Shown here one piece after another: positions 25,190 to 38,187 of a stretch of 64,000 bases of DNA (within the stretch, counting starts at the first letter, position 1; every line of letters begins with the position of its first letter). The position numbers and the translations under genes are program-made. The stretch is from Escherichia coli. Its GTDB lineage: Bacteria > Pseudomonadota > Gammaproteobacteria > Enterobacterales > Enterobacteriaceae. The stretch is taken from assembly GCF_024223415.1 (NCBI RefSeq), contig NZ_CP100500.1, one strand, 5' to 3'. The notes below the pieces were generated by a model, which worked only from the letters and a program-made list of their open reading frames with translations, had not been told where the DNA came from and ran no database searches.

Positions 25190-26297
25190 AACCGATGTTC
25201 CGGGTTTATCTCCGTATTTTGACAAAAGAAATAACAAAGTTTACTGGCGTTACAGGCATCCCATCACAGGTAAAAATCATGGACTCGGCAGTATTGACCA
25301 GAAACTGGCGGAAACCATTGCAGCAGAAGCGAACAGCCGTCTTGCCAGACAACAAATGGAGCAAATTCTCAGTCTGCAGGAGAAAATTATTAGTGATACC
25401 GGCGGCGCATCAACCGTTTCCATTTTTCTGAATAATTACAGAAAAATTCAACAGGAAAGATATGAGAACGGAGAGATCAAACTCAGCACGCTGAAGCAAA
25501 AAGCGGCTCCTCTCAGGGTGTTTGATGAACGTTTTGGAGCCAGGCCGCTAGATGCCATAACCGTAAAAGATGTGGTATCGGTGCTGGAAGAATACAAGGC
25601 AAAGGGACATAACAGAATGGGACAAATTTTCAGGAAGGTATTGATCGATGTTTTCCGGGAGGCTCAACAAACGGGTGATGTTCCGCCAGGCTTTAACCCG
25701 GCTGAATCGGCAAAAAAACCGCAAGTGCGGATATCAAGACAGCGACTGACTTTTGATGAGTGGATGATGATTTATAACGCAGCGGAAAAGGATGGTTACT
25801 TTTTACAGCGCGGCATGCTGCTGGCACTGATGACGGGCCAGCGTCTTTCGGATATTTGCAAAATGCAGTTTTCGGATATCCGGGATGGTTACCTTCATGT
25901 CGAACAGCAAAAAACAGGAGCCCGGATAGCCATTCCTCTGGCTCTGCGTTGCGACAAATTAAATCTTACCCTGGGTGACGTGGTGTCATCCTGTCGTGAT
26001 TACATCCTTAGTCCGTGGTTATTGCACCATCATCACGCTAAGGGGATGGGTAAGCGCGGCGGGATGGTTAAACCAGCAACATTAACAGTCGCATTTAAAA
26101 AAGCCCGGGATTCTGTGGATTACAACTGGCGTGCTAATGGCACGCCACCCTCTTTCCATGAGCAAAGATCTTTATCAGAACGATTGTTCAGAGAACAGGG
26201 AATTGATACCAAAATTTTGCTGGGCCATTCGAATCAAAAAATGACCGATATTTACAACGACGCACGCGGTAAAGAGTGGAAAAAACTGGTTATTTGA
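25167..26297 (+). CDS. int: Tyrosine integrase (lambda Int family)
   Basis: 376 aa; C-terminus LLGHSNQKMTDIYNDARGKEWKKLVI parallels lambda Int LLGHKSDTMASQYRDDRGREWDKIEIK (catalytic Tyr). Confidence 0.9.
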   Translation: MARPRKYKTDVPGLSPYFDKRNNKVYWRYRHPITGKNHGLGSIDQKLAETIAAEANSRLARQQMEQILSLQEKIISDTGGASTVSIFLNNYRKIQQERYENGEIKLSTLKQKAAPLRVFDERFGARPLDAITVKDVVSVLEEYKAKGHNRMGQIFRKVLIDVFREAQQTGDVPPGFNPAESAKKPQVRISRQRLTFDEWMMIYNAAEKDGYFLQRGMLLALMTGQRLSDICKMQFSDIRDGYLHVEQQKTGARIAIPLALRCDKLNLTLGDVVSSCRDYILSPWLLHHHHAKGMGKRGGMVKPATLTVAFKKARDSVDYNWRANGTPPSFHEQRSLSERLFREQGIDTKILLGHSNQKMTDIYNDARGKEWKKLVI

Positions 26298-26302
26298 TAA
26301 CC

Positions 26303-26338
26303 AGTTTTGCAGAAGAGTTTTGCAGAGGTTTTGCAGAG
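26303..26338. repeat. Three direct repeats of GTTTTGCAGA (12-13 bp period) between int stop and ompW stop; candidate Int arm-type sites
   Basis: AGTTTTGCAGAAGAGTTTTGCAGAGGTTTTGCAGAG read directly. Confidence 0.35.
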
Positions 26339-26342
26339 AAAA

Positions 26343-26981
26343 TTAGAAGCGGTATCCGGCAGAGAACATAAACACCCACGGATCCAGTCGTACCGCGTCT
26401 TTCACGGGGGTTCCATTAAATTTATAGCTGGCGGTGGTGTCGATATCCATGTACCACACTGACATATTAACCAACCAGTCACGGTTAATCAGATAATCAA
26501 CCCCCACCTGCCCGGCAGCTCCCCAGGAATCTTTCAGACTGAGATCGGAAAGCCCCGCCTCTTTGCCATGATCGTTAAATCCATTATCAAAGAAGGTGGT
26601 GTAGTTAATACCTGCCCCAACATAAGGACGGAATTTGCTGCTGGCATCACCAAAATACCACTGCGCCATCAGTGTTGGCGGCAGATGATGAACGGTTGCA
26701 ATATCGCCGGTCGCCCGGGTGCCGATTTTATGGCGGAACGGCGTCGCTGCCAGTAATTCCACACCAATGTTGTCGGTCGCCATATAAGTAAACGTCAGGC
26801 CCAGTTGAGTGTTATTGGTCACGCTGAATCCACCCAGACTTCCTAACGTACCACCAGCACCTTCTGTAGGACGTACGGTTGCAGAACCTGCACGCATAAA
26901 AAATTCTCCTGCTTCATGCGCAAAGGCACTGCCAGAGAGAAGTGTTGTTACTGCCAAAGCCGCCACTGTTAACTTTTTCAT
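26343..26981 (-). CDS. ompW: Outer membrane protein W
   Basis: 212 aa with signal peptide MKKLTVAALAVTTLLSGSAFA; matches OmpW. Confidence 0.95.
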   Translation of the reverse strand: MKKLTVAALAVTTLLSGSAFAHEAGEFFMRAGSATVRPTEGAGGTLGSLGGFSVTNNTQLGLTFTYMATDNIGVELLAATPFRHKIGTRATGDIATVHHLPPTLMAQWYFGDASSKFRPYVGAGINYTTFFDNGFNDHGKEAGLSDLSLKDSWGAAGQVGVDYLINRDWLVNMSVWYMDIDTTASYKFNGTPVKDAVRLDPWVFMFSAGYRF

Positions 26982-27337
26982 ATCCGCTCCGTCGTTATGG
27001 TTATAAAAACGTGACGAATATACCTACATTGGAGTAACAAATGATCCTACATAGATCACATTACATATGATAATTCACCCTTTATTGATCTGGATTAATT
27101 TAGAAGTTGCATTGAGAATCCTGGTTAACGTGATTTAAATCAATTTTTAAATATTTTCGCTACGCAAATATTAACTTGTTCGCCACTTGCCGCGGTTTGC
27201 CCACGCCTGAAGGCCAGCAATTACCTCCGCTTTACAAAGATATGCTTTTCCATACAAGACCTGATGCTGCCACCCGAGGCTTAACCAGGGTACAATTGCC
27301 CGCTAATTAACACCTGCATAAAACTCAAGGAGAGTGC

Positions 27338-28081
27338 ATGTCTATCACGGCGCAGTCCGTATACCGTGACACCGGAAATTTCTTCCGTAATCAATTTATG
27401 ACCATTCTGTTGGTATCGTTGCTATGTGCGTTTATCACAGTGGTGTTAGGGCATGTTTTCTCACCCAGTGATGTACAGCTTGCGCAGCTCAATGACGGCG
27501 TGCCCGTTAGCGGCAGTAGTGGGTTGTTCGACCTGGTTCAGAATATGTCACCGGAACAGCAACAAATTTTGCTGCAGGCTTCAGCGGCGTCCACTTTTTC
27601 AGGATTAATCGGTAACGCCATTCTCGCCGGAGGCGTAATATTAATTATCCAGCTGGTGTCTGCGGGTCAGAGAGTCAGTGCGCTGCGAGCTATTGGTGCC
27701 AGTGCGCCGATATTGCCAAAGTTATTTATTCTGATTTTTCTGACTACCCTTTTAGTACAGATTGGCATCATGCTAGTGGTCGTTCCGGGAATTATCATGG
27801 CTATTTTACTGGCCCTGGCACCGGTGATGTTGGTACAGGACAAAATGGGCATTTTTGCCTCGATGCGTAGCAGTATGCGGCTGACTTGGGCGAATATGCG
27901 TCTGGTGGCACCCGCAGTACTGAGCTGGTTGCTGGCAAAAACACTGTTGCTGCTTTTTGCCTCTTCTTTTGCCGCATTAACCCCGGAAATTGGTGCCGTA
28001 CTGGCGAACACCTTGAGCAACCTGATTTCAGCCGTATTGCTCATCTATCTGTTCCGTCTGTATATGTTGATTCGCCAATAA
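27338..28081 (+). CDS. yciC: UPF0259 inner membrane protein YciC
   Basis: 247 aa polytopic membrane protein; conserved position next to yciB. Confidence 0.9.
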   Translation: MSITAQSVYRDTGNFFRNQFMTILLVSLLCAFITVVLGHVFSPSDVQLAQLNDGVPVSGSSGLFDLVQNMSPEQQQILLQASAASTFSGLIGNAILAGGVILIIQLVSAGQRVSALRAIGASAPILPKLFILIFLTTLLVQIGIMLVVVPGIIMAILLALAPVMLVQDKMGIFASMRSSMRLTWANMRLVAPAVLSWLLAKTLLLLFASSFAALTPEIGAVLANTLSNLISAVLLIYLFRLYMLIRQ

Positions 28082-28110
28082 CCTTAAGCATTTGATTACG
28101 GAATCGTAAA

Positions 28111-28650
28111 ATGAAGCAGTTTCTTGATTTTTTACCGCTGGTTGTCTTTTTCGCGTTTTACAAGATTTATGACATCTATGCGGCTACTGCGGCGCTGATC
28201 GTCGCCACGGCGATTGTGCTTATATATAGCTGGGTTCGCTTTCGTAAGGTTGAGAAGATGGCCCTGATCACTTTTGTTCTGGTGGTCGTCTTCGGTGGCT
28301 TGACGCTGTTCTTCCACAATGATGAGTTTATAAAATGGAAGGTTACAGTCATTTATGCTCTGTTTGCGGGAGCCCTGTTAGTCAGCCAATGGGTGATGAA
28401 AAAGCCGCTAATTCAGCGGATGCTGGGTAAAGAACTCACGCTGCCGCAACCGGTATGGTCGAAGCTGAATCTGGCCTGGGCTGTTTTCTTTATCCTTTGC
28501 GGTCTGGCAAACATCTACATCGCATTCTGGCTGCCGCAAAATATTTGGGTCAACTTTAAAGTCTTTGGCCTGACCGCCCTTACCTTAATCTTCACATTGT
28601 TAAGCGGTATCTATATCTACCGCCACATGCCGCAGGAAGATAAATCCTAA
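28111..28650 (+). CDS. yciB: Inner membrane septation-associated protein YciB (IspZ)
   Basis: 179 aa; conserved synteny. Confidence 0.9.
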   Translation: MKQFLDFLPLVVFFAFYKIYDIYAATAALIVATAIVLIYSWVRFRKVEKMALITFVLVVVFGGLTLFFHNDEFIKWKVTVIYALFAGALLVSQWVMKKPLIQRMLGKELTLPQPVWSKLNLAWAVFFILCGLANIYIAFWLPQNIWVNFKVFGLTALTLIFTLLSGIYIYRHMPQEDKS

Positions 28651-28754
28651 CCAGACTGCCAGTCCTTCGGGGCTGGCGCTGTATCTCCTCTGTTCTCCTC
28701 AGGAAAATCATAGTAGCATCGCGCCTGTGATTTTCCTTTTAAGTCGGTTTTACC

Positions 28755-29153
28755 ATGTCTACAACACATAACGTCCCTCAGGGCGATCTTGTTTTACGTA
28801 CTTTAGCCATGCCCGCCGATACCAATGCCAATGGTGACATCTTTGGTGGTTGGTTAATGTCACAAATGGATATTGGCGGCGCTATTCTGGCGAAAGAAAT
28901 TGCCCACGGTCGCGTAGTGACTGTGCGGGTTGAAGGAATGACTTTCTTACGGCCGGTTGCGGTCGGCGATGTGGTGTGCTGCTATGCACGCTGTGTCCAG
29001 AAAGGGACGACATCGGTCAGCATTAATATTGAAGTGTGGGTGAAAAAAGTAGCGTCTGAACCAATCGGGCAACGCTATAAAGCGACAGAAGCATTATTTA
29101 AGTATGTCGCGGTTGATCCTGAAGGAAAACCTCGCGCCTTACCTGTTGAGTAA
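28755..29153 (+). CDS. yciA: Acyl-CoA thioesterase YciA
   Basis: 132 aa hotdog-fold thioesterase. Confidence 0.9.
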   Translation: MSTTHNVPQGDLVLRTLAMPADTNANGDIFGGWLMSQMDIGGAILAKEIAHGRVVTVRVEGMTFLRPVAVGDVVCCYARCVQKGTTSVSINIEVWVKKVASEPIGQRYKATEALFKYVAVDPEGKPRALPVE

Positions 29154-29192
29154 TAATCAAAAGCCTCCGGTCGGAGGCTTTTGACTTTCTGC

Positions 29193-29912
29193 TTACTGAA
29201 TTTCGGTGGTGCCGTTAATTTTAAACAGGATATTCACCACAATCCCACTGCCTGGCTTACCCGGCTCATAACGCCATCTGCGCATCGCATTTTTCACCTC
29301 ACGCTCAAACATGTTCGCAGGTTTAGCTGAGAGGATTTGCACGTTATCCACGCGACCATCCGGCGTGACATCAAATTTAACTTTAACCTGCCCTTCAATG
29401 CGCAATGCCTGTGCCCGTGCCGGATACTGCGGCTGATTACGGCTTAATGCGCGTGGTCCTGAAGCCACACTGGTAACCGGCTTGCTGGTCGCAGCCGTTG
29501 CCGTACTTGATGTCGGGCGTGCCGGTGCCGTATTTTCAAACGGTGATGCCGGACGCGACTCTACGGGTTTGACATCGCGTTTTGGCTGTTCCTGTACCTT
29601 TTTCACCGGCTTCGGTTTTGGCTTAGGTTTCGGCTTCGGCTTTTCAATGACCACCGGAGCTTCTTTTGGCGGTTCGGGGATCGGCTCAGGTTCCGGTTCT
29701 GGCTTTACCACCGGCTCCGGTGGCGGCTGAACGGCTTGTGGCGGTTCGAGATCAGCAGGCGCAACCATCGTGACAGAAATTGGCTGCGCAGGCGCAGGTA
29801 GTTCAATAACCTGATGTACCGAGGTATAGAGCAGACCCGCCACAACAGCACCATGAATGCAGACCGAAAGTAACGTCGGCCAGGGGAAGCGGCGAGGTAA
29901 ATCAAGGGTCAT
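29193..29912 (-). CDS. tonB: TonB energy transducer
   Basis: 239 aa from ATG 29912 ([11 protein letters not shown]); (EP)n/(KP)n proline-rich spacer; C-terminal domain. Confidence 0.95.
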   Translation of the reverse strand: MTLDLPRRFPWPTLLSVCIHGAVVAGLLYTSVHQVIELPAPAQPISVTMVAPADLEPPQAVQPPPEPVVKPEPEPEPIPEPPKEAPVVIEKPKPKPKPKPKPVKKVQEQPKRDVKPVESRPASPFENTAPARPTSSTATAATSKPVTSVASGPRALSRNQPQYPARAQALRIEGQVKVKFDVTPDGRVDNVQILSAKPANMFEREVKNAMRRWRYEPGKPGSGIVVNILFKINGTTEIQ

Positions 29913-30135
29913 TGAAGTCATAATCATTTCAGTAGAAAAACCAGGTCTCGATTTTAAATGCAAATAGCAATCATATTCAATAAGGCAAGACGATCAGGAT
30001 CAGTGAAAATGTCATTTTTGGCGTAATTGACCTTACTTTACGCATGGTCTTAACAAAGACATCATCTTTCCGTTGCAGATCTTCGCCCTTTCAAATAACG
30101 TACTTTACAACTTTCCCGAACAAGGAGTTGTGCCC

Positions 30136-30432
30136 GTGTTGTATGTTATTTACGCTCAAGACAAAGCTGATAGCCTCGAAAAACGCCTTTCCGTTCGTCC
30201 GGCACATTTAGCACGTTTACAGTTACTGCATGATGAAGGTCGTTTGTTGACAGCTGGTCCAATGCCAGCGGTAGACAGTAACGATCCAGGGGCTGCGGGA
30301 TTTACTGGCTCAACCGTTATTGCTGAATTTGAATCGCTGGAAGCAGCTCAGGCCTGGGCCGATGCTGACCCGTACGTAGCGGCAGGTGTCTATGAACACG
30401 TTTCAGTGAAACCATTTAAGAAAGTGTTCTGA
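30136..30432 (+). CDS. yciI: YciI-like protein
   Basis: GTG at 30136 with AAGGAG 8 nt upstream; 98 aa. Confidence 0.8.
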
Positions 30433-30731
30433 ATAGAGATTCAATATTTAAGGGCACGGTTTTTGCAACCGTGTTCTTGTTTGGCCTTTCCTTATTGCCG
30501 GTCAGTGCATTCACCACCACAAGCAGATAATAACTTTATCTGTATTTCTTTATATGATGTGAGCATGTTCAGGAAAAATGCCCTTTCCTGACGCAGAGTT
30601 GCTCACTCAAAACCTTTGATTACTGCGGATAAAGTCATCTACTATTGTTTAACACATTCACGTGTCGCATGTATGTTCAGAAAATGTGCACGTTAAGATA
30701 ATTAAACAAAATTGTGGTTACAGAGGTATCA

Positions 30732-31985
30732 GTGAGTCACTGGGCTACATTCAAACAAACAGCAACAAATTTATGGGTGACCCTACGGCACGACATTCTC
30801 GCGCTGGCCGTCTTTTTAAATGGATTGCTTATTTTTAAAACAATCTATGGTATGTCGGTCAATTTGCTTGATATTTTCCATATCAAAGCATTTTCAGAGT
30901 TGGATCTCTCCTTGCTGGCAAACGCCCCACTATTTATGCTCGGCGTCTTTCTTGTCCTGAACTCCATTGGCTTACTGTTCCGGGCAAAGCTCGCATGGGC
31001 AATCAGTATCATTTTGTTGTTGATAGCGCTAATTTACACCCTGCATTTTTATCCCTGGCTGAAATTTAGTATTGGATTTTGCATTTTTACGCTGGTGTTT
31101 TTGCTGATACTGCGCAAAGACTTCTCCCACAGTAGCGCCGCAGCCGGGACAATTTTTGCATTTATTAGTTTCACGACATTACTGTTTTACTCAACCTACG
31201 GTGCGCTTTATTTAAGCGAAGGTTTTAATCCGCGAATAGAAAGTTTGATGACCGCGTTCTATTTTTCGATAGAAACCATGTCAACCGTCGGCTATGGCGA
31301 TATTGTCCCTGTTTCTGAATCAGCACGATTGTTCACTATTTCGGTCATTATTTCCGGCATTACCGTTTTTGCCACATCTATGACCTCAATTTTTGGTCCG
31401 CTTATCCGCGGGGGATTCAACAAACTTGTAAAAGGAAACAATCATACAATGCATCGTAAAGATCATTTTATTGTTTGCGGACATTCGATTCTCGCCATCA
31501 ATACGATCCTGCAACTGAATCAACGCGGACAAAACGTAACGGTTATCAGCAACTTGCCTGAAGATGATATCAAGCAACTTGAGCAACGCTTAGGCGATAA
31601 CGCTGATGTTATCCCCGGTGACAGTAATGACAGTTCAGTATTAAAGAAAGCGGGAATCGATCGTTGCCGGGCCATTCTGGCGCTGAGTGATAACGATGCA
31701 GATAACGCGTTTGTTGTACTCTCGGCAAAAGATATGAGCAGTGATGTCAAAACAGTTCTCGCCGTCAGTGATAGCAAAAACCTGAATAAGATTAAGATGG
31801 TACATCCGGATATCATTCTCTCACCGCAACTGTTTGGCAGCGAAATTCTGGCGCGAGTTTTAAATGGTGAAGAGATTAATAATGATATGCTCGTTTCAAT
31901 GTTGTTGAACTCAGGTCATGGTATTTTCAGCGATAACGATGAACAAGAAACGAAAGCTGACAGTAAAGAATCGGCGCAAAAATAG
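30732..31985 (+). CDS. kch: Voltage-gated potassium channel Kch
   Basis: GTG start (MSHWATFKQ); TVGYGD selectivity filter; RCK domain. Confidence 0.9.
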   Translation: MSHWATFKQTATNLWVTLRHDILALAVFLNGLLIFKTIYGMSVNLLDIFHIKAFSELDLSLLANAPLFMLGVFLVLNSIGLLFRAKLAWAISIILLLIALIYTLHFYPWLKFSIGFCIFTLVFLLILRKDFSHSSAAAGTIFAFISFTTLLFYSTYGALYLSEGFNPRIESLMTAFYFSIETMSTVGYGDIVPVSESARLFTISVIISGITVFATSMTSIFGPLIRGGFNKLVKGNNHTMHRKDHFIVCGHSILAINTILQLNQRGQNVTVISNLPEDDIKQLEQRLGDNADVIPGDSNDSSVLKKAGIDRCRAILALSDNDADNAFVVLSAKDMSSDVKTVLAVSDSKNLNKIKMVHPDIILSPQLFGSEILARVLNGEEINNDMLVSMLLNSGHGIFSDNDEQETKADSKESAQK

Positions 31986-32039
31986 AGTTTAAAGACGGAA
32001 GAGTAAACTTATTGGGCACCGCAATGGTGCCCAATACAT

Positions 32040-32213
32040 TTAGATATTGTAGATCGCAAACAATAACGAGTTACGCTGTTTGTTTAGAATGCACTTCCTG
32101 ATGCTGTGGATACGCATATTTCGGCGCGATTGCCCCTCAAGCCAACGCGATTTACGTCGGCTAGCCTGACGCTGCATGCGCCAGCGCCCCACTTCCGTTC
32201 TACTCCGCTTCAT
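32040..32213 (-). CDS. Small basic ORF (57 aa), possibly yciY
   Basis: ATG at 32213 (MKRSRTEVGRWRMQ...); identity from approximate recall. Confidence 0.35.
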   Translation of the reverse strand: MKRSRTEVGRWRMQRQASRRKSRWLEGQSRRNMRIHSIRKCILNKQRNSLLFAIYNI

Positions 32214-32355
32214 GTTAACTACTCTATGCAATAACAGAATGGTCATTATACCCCCGCCCCCGACGCTGACCAGTGCTTTTCCCGCGTTTTTATTTGCCAG
32301 ATGAATCCATATGCGTAAACTCATAACAATGCGCTTTCAAAAGGATTTCTAATCT

Positions 32356-34180
<1,825 letters not shown>

Positions 34181-34232
34181 ATAATCGCTTTCGGCGTGAA
34201 AAAGGGCTGACAACTGTCAGCCCTTATTGTGT

Positions 34233-35237
34233 TTAAAGCGGATCGACTTTCAGGCAAGAAACGGCGTGTCTGAAACTCCCCTCCAGAACAGGACGTGTTT
34301 TGGCGCACTCCGGACCGGCAATCGGGCAACGGGTACGGAAAACACAACCGGAAGGCGGGTTGATCGGCGACGGTAATTCCCCTTCCAGTAACTGGATGGT
34401 TTTGTTCTTCTCCAGATCCGGATCAGGTATGGGGACTGCCGACATCAATGCCCTGGTGTAAGGATGTAGTGGATTGTGGTAGACCTCATCATAGGTCCCC
34501 AGTTCTACCGCATGGCCGAGATACATCACCAACACACGATCGGAAATGTGTTTTATCACGGCCAGGTCATGAGCGATAAAAATTAATGACAATCCCATCT
34601 CACGTTGCAGCTGCTGGAGCAGGTTGACCACCTGCGCCTGAATTGACACGTCCAGCGCCGAAACCGGCTCATCGCAGATAATCAGCTTCGGTTCAAGAAT
34701 AAGAGCACGAGCAATCCCGATACGCTGGCACTGCCCACCGGAGAACTCATGCGGATAGCGGTTAATCAGGTTAGGCAATAATCCGACTTTCAGCATCATC
34801 GCCTTCACGCGCTCGCGAACTTCCTGGCGTGACATTTTCGGATGATAAGTACGTAGCGGTTCAGCGATAATCTCGCCGATGGTCATACGCGGGTTTAGCG
34901 ATGCCAACGGGTCCTGGAAAATCATCTGAATATCACTGCGAACGGCACGCCATTCATCGGGCTTCATGCCCAGCAACTCTTTACCTAACCAGGCAACATG
35001 ACCGTCGGTCGCTTTAACCAGGCCAATGATGGCGCGAGCAAAGGTGGACTTACCGCATCCCGATTCCCCTACCACACCTAATGTTTCCCCTTCATACAGG
35101 CGAAGCGTGACACCATCTACGGCTTTGAGAGTTTTCGGCGGTTGCCAGAACCACTGTTTGCCATCTTTGATTTCAAAGTGCACTTTCAGATCGGCGATTT
35201 CGAGGAGGACTTTTCTTCCTTCGGTTACAGCATTCAT
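34233..35237 (-). CDS. oppF: Oligopeptide ABC transporter ATP-binding protein OppF
   Basis: 334 aa; Walker A GESGCGKST. Confidence 0.95.
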   Translation of the reverse strand: MNAVTEGRKVLLEIADLKVHFEIKDGKQWFWQPPKTLKAVDGVTLRLYEGETLGVVGESGCGKSTFARAIIGLVKATDGHVAWLGKELLGMKPDEWRAVRSDIQMIFQDPLASLNPRMTIGEIIAEPLRTYHPKMSRQEVRERVKAMMLKVGLLPNLINRYPHEFSGGQCQRIGIARALILEPKLIICDEPVSALDVSIQAQVVNLLQQLQREMGLSLIFIAHDLAVIKHISDRVLVMYLGHAVELGTYDEVYHNPLHPYTRALMSAVPIPDPDLEKNKTIQLLEGELPSPINPPSGCVFRTRCPIAGPECAKTRPVLEGSFRHAVSCLKVDPL

Positions 35238-36247
35238 AACAGTTCCTCCACCGGTTTAAAGCAAGCACGCAGACGGCCAGGCGTAAACTCTTCCAGCGGC
35301 GGTGCGCTACTACAAATTTCCATCGCATGCGGACAACGTGGCTGGAACGGGCAACCTTTCGGTAATCGCAGCAAGTTTGGCGGATTACCCGGGATGGTCA
35401 ACATTGTTTCACCTTCCGCATCAAGACGCGGCACCGCGTTGAGCAAACCGATAGAATAAGGATGAACGGGTTGATAAAAGACATCGCGCGCATTGCCATA
35501 TTCCATCGTGCGCCCGGCGTACATTACCAGCACTTTGTCGCAGATCCCCGCCACCACGCCAAGATCGTGGGTGATCATAATGATGGCGGTATTAAATTCC
35601 CGCTTCAGTTCATTTAATAGCGTCATGATCTGCGCCTGTACGGTGACGTCCAGCGCAGTAGTGGGTTCATCCGCAATCAGCAGCTTAGGCCGACATAGCA
35701 ATGCCATCGCAATCATGACTCGCTGACGCATGCCGCCAGAAAATTCGTGCGGGTACATTTTCATACGTTTACGCGCTTCCGGCATTTTTACCGCATCGAG
35801 CATCCGCACCGACTCTTCAAACGCCTCAGCTTTGCTCATGTTCTTATGCAGCATCAGCACTTCCATCAACTGCTCACCGACGCGCATATAGGGATTCAAC
35901 GAAGTCATTGGGTCCTGAAAAATCATTGAGATTTGTTCAGCGCGCAGTTTATTGAGTTCACGCTCTGGCAAATTGAGGATTTCACGCCCATTGAAGGTTG
36001 CCGATCCGCCAATGCGTCCGTTGGCAGCCAACAGGCCCATCAACGCAAATGCAGTTTGCGATTTACCCGAACCAGACTCACCTACAATGCCCAGCGTTTC
36101 TCCGGCACGTAGGGAAAAATTTAAATCATTGACCGCCGTGACGTCGCCGTCCGGGGTACTAAAGGTGACACGCAAATCTTTCACGTTCAGCAGTGCGTCA
36201 GCCTGTTGTTGTGCGAGCGGCACAGTTGCAGTTTCAATTACGCTCAT
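35234..36247 (-). CDS. oppD: Oligopeptide ABC transporter ATP-binding protein OppD
   Basis: 337 aa; Walker A GESGSGKSQ. Confidence 0.95.
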   Translation of the reverse strand: MSVIETATVPLAQQQADALLNVKDLRVTFSTPDGDVTAVNDLNFSLRAGETLGIVGESGSGKSQTAFALMGLLAANGRIGGSATFNGREILNLPERELNKLRAEQISMIFQDPMTSLNPYMRVGEQLMEVLMLHKNMSKAEAFEESVRMLDAVKMPEARKRMKMYPHEFSGGMRQRVMIAMALLCRPKLLIADEPTTALDVTVQAQIMTLLNELKREFNTAIIMITHDLGVVAGICDKVLVMYAGRTMEYGNARDVFYQPVHPYSIGLLNAVPRLDAEGETMLTIPGNPPNLLRLPKGCPFQPRCPHAMEICSSAPPLEEFTPGRLRACFKPVEELL

Positions 36248-36258
36248 GGCTGCACTCC

Positions 36259-37167
36259 TTAACGATCTTTCGGGTCGAGGGCATCACGCAAGCCATCGCC
36301 GATAAAGTTGAAACAAAACAGCGTCACCACGAGGAATCCCGCTGGGAACAACAGTAACCATGGAGAGACTTCCATCGAGTTCGCGCCATCACTCAGCAAT
36401 GCCCCCCAGCTGCTTAACGGCTCTTGCGTACCCAACCCCAGGAAGCTAAGGAAAGATTCAAAGAGGATCATGCTGGGCACCAGTAGCGATGCGTAGACCA
36501 CCACCACACCGAGTACGTTCGGCACAATGTGGCGAATAACAATGCCCGGCGTCGATACACCGCCAACTTGTGCCGCCTCAATAAACTCTTTGCGCTTCAG
36601 ACTCAGGGTTTGCCCACGCACAATACGAGCCATATCCAGCCAGGAAACCATGCCTATCGCCACGAAAATCAGCAGGATGTTTTGGCCGAAAAAGGTCACC
36701 AGCAAAATGACGAAGAACATGAATGGGAAGGAGTTGAGGATTTCCAGCAGACGCATCATTACCGAATCCACCTTACCGCCCAGATAACCGGAAAGCGAAC
36801 CATAAAGTGTCCCGACGACCACTGCCACCAGTGCCGCAGCAACACCGACCATGAGTGAGATACGCCCGCCAATCGCAACGCGCACAAGCAGGTCGCGACC
36901 GGATGAGTCAGTACCAAAGTAGTGACCGGACTCCATATCCGGGGCGCTGGACATCATCGCCCAGTCAGTATCGTCATAGGCAAACTGCGAAAGCATCGGT
37001 GCCAGGATTACAAATAACGCGATCAGCACCAGCACTATCAGACTGGCAACCGCCGCACGGTTATGCATAAAACGTCGACGTGCGTCCTGCCACAAGCTGC
37101 GCCCTTCGACCTCCAGCTTTTCACTGAAATTTTCCAGCGTCTCGCTGTTTTTCTTACTTAACATCAT
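36259..37167 (-). CDS. oppC: Oligopeptide ABC transporter permease OppC
   Basis: 302 aa permease. Confidence 0.95.
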   Translation of the reverse strand: MMLSKKNSETLENFSEKLEVEGRSLWQDARRRFMHNRAAVASLIVLVLIALFVILAPMLSQFAYDDTDWAMMSSAPDMESGHYFGTDSSGRDLLVRVAIGGRISLMVGVAAALVAVVVGTLYGSLSGYLGGKVDSVMMRLLEILNSFPFMFFVILLVTFFGQNILLIFVAIGMVSWLDMARIVRGQTLSLKRKEFIEAAQVGGVSTPGIVIRHIVPNVLGVVVVYASLLVPSMILFESFLSFLGLGTQEPLSSWGALLSDGANSMEVSPWLLLFPAGFLVVTLFCFNFIGDGLRDALDPKDR

Positions 37168-37181
37168 CGCGAGCTCCAGTA

Positions 37182-38102
37182 TCAGTAACGGATTTTCGGG
37201 TCGATAACCGCATATAGCACATCGACAATGGCATTAAACAAAATGGTTAAAGCACCAACCAGGATGGTCAGGCTTAACACTAAGGAATAGTCACGGTTCA
37301 ATGCGCCATTAACGAACAGTTGTCCAATCCCCGGCAAACCATAAATGGTTTCGATAACCATAGAACCGGTAATAATGCCGACAAATGCGGGGCCCATATA
37401 AGAGAGCACGGGTAACAGAGCAGGTTTTAATGCGTGACGTAAAATGATCCGCCGCATAGGTAACCCTTTCGCCCGGGCAGTACGAATAAAATTGGAGTGT
37501 AATACTTCAATCATAGAGCCACGGGTAATACGCGCAATACTGGCGATATAGGCGAGTGACAACGCCACCATTGGCAATATCATGAATTTAAGCGCCCCAC
37601 CATTCCAGCCACCGCCCGGCAGCCAATGCAAAATGATCGCAAATATCATGACTAATAATGGCGCAACCACAAAACTGGGGATAACAACCCCGGTCATTGC
37701 CAGCCCCATCACGGTATAGTCCCATTTGGTGTTTTGTTTTAATGCGGCAATAACGCCAGCACTAACACCCAGTATTACCGCAAGGAAAAATGCTGCGGCT
37801 CCCAGTTTGGCAGAAACGGGAAAACTGGATGCAACCAGGTCATTGACCGAATAATCTTTATATTTAAACGATGGACCGAAATCGCCATGCGCCAGTTGTT
37901 TCAGGTAGCTGAAATACTGTGTCATGATCGGATCATTAAGATGATATTTCGCTTCGATATTGGCCATTACTTCCGGTGGTAAAGTACGTTCGCCGGTAAA
38001 AGGGCTTCCCGGCGCGAGGCGCATCATAAAGAACGAAATAGTAATAAGAATAAATAGCGTCGGAATCGCTTCCAGACAGCGACGTAGAATAAATTTTAAC
38101 AT
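37182..38102 (-). CDS. oppB: Oligopeptide ABC transporter permease OppB
   Basis: 306 aa permease. Confidence 0.95.
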   Translation of the reverse strand: MLKFILRRCLEAIPTLFILITISFFMMRLAPGSPFTGERTLPPEVMANIEAKYHLNDPIMTQYFSYLKQLAHGDFGPSFKYKDYSVNDLVASSFPVSAKLGAAAFFLAVILGVSAGVIAALKQNTKWDYTVMGLAMTGVVIPSFVVAPLLVMIFAIILHWLPGGGWNGGALKFMILPMVALSLAYIASIARITRGSMIEVLHSNFIRTARAKGLPMRRIILRHALKPALLPVLSYMGPAFVGIITGSMVIETIYGLPGIGQLFVNGALNRDYSLVLSLTILVGALTILFNAIVDVLYAVIDPKIRY

Positions 38103-38187
38103 TGCCCTACCTTCTGGCCTGTGCCTTCTGTAATGCGATAAAAATCAGACACCGTGGAGCAGGACACTCCTGCCCCACGTATTGCCA

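Larger units (their letters stand above)
1..26342. mobile_element. Lambdoid prophage, partial (right ~26 kb); continues beyond window start; right junction beside ompW 3-prime end
   Basis: Contiguous phage-homologous ORFs in canonical lambdoid order ending with lambda-family integrase at 25167-26297; switch to conserved core genes from 26343. Confidence 0.9.
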
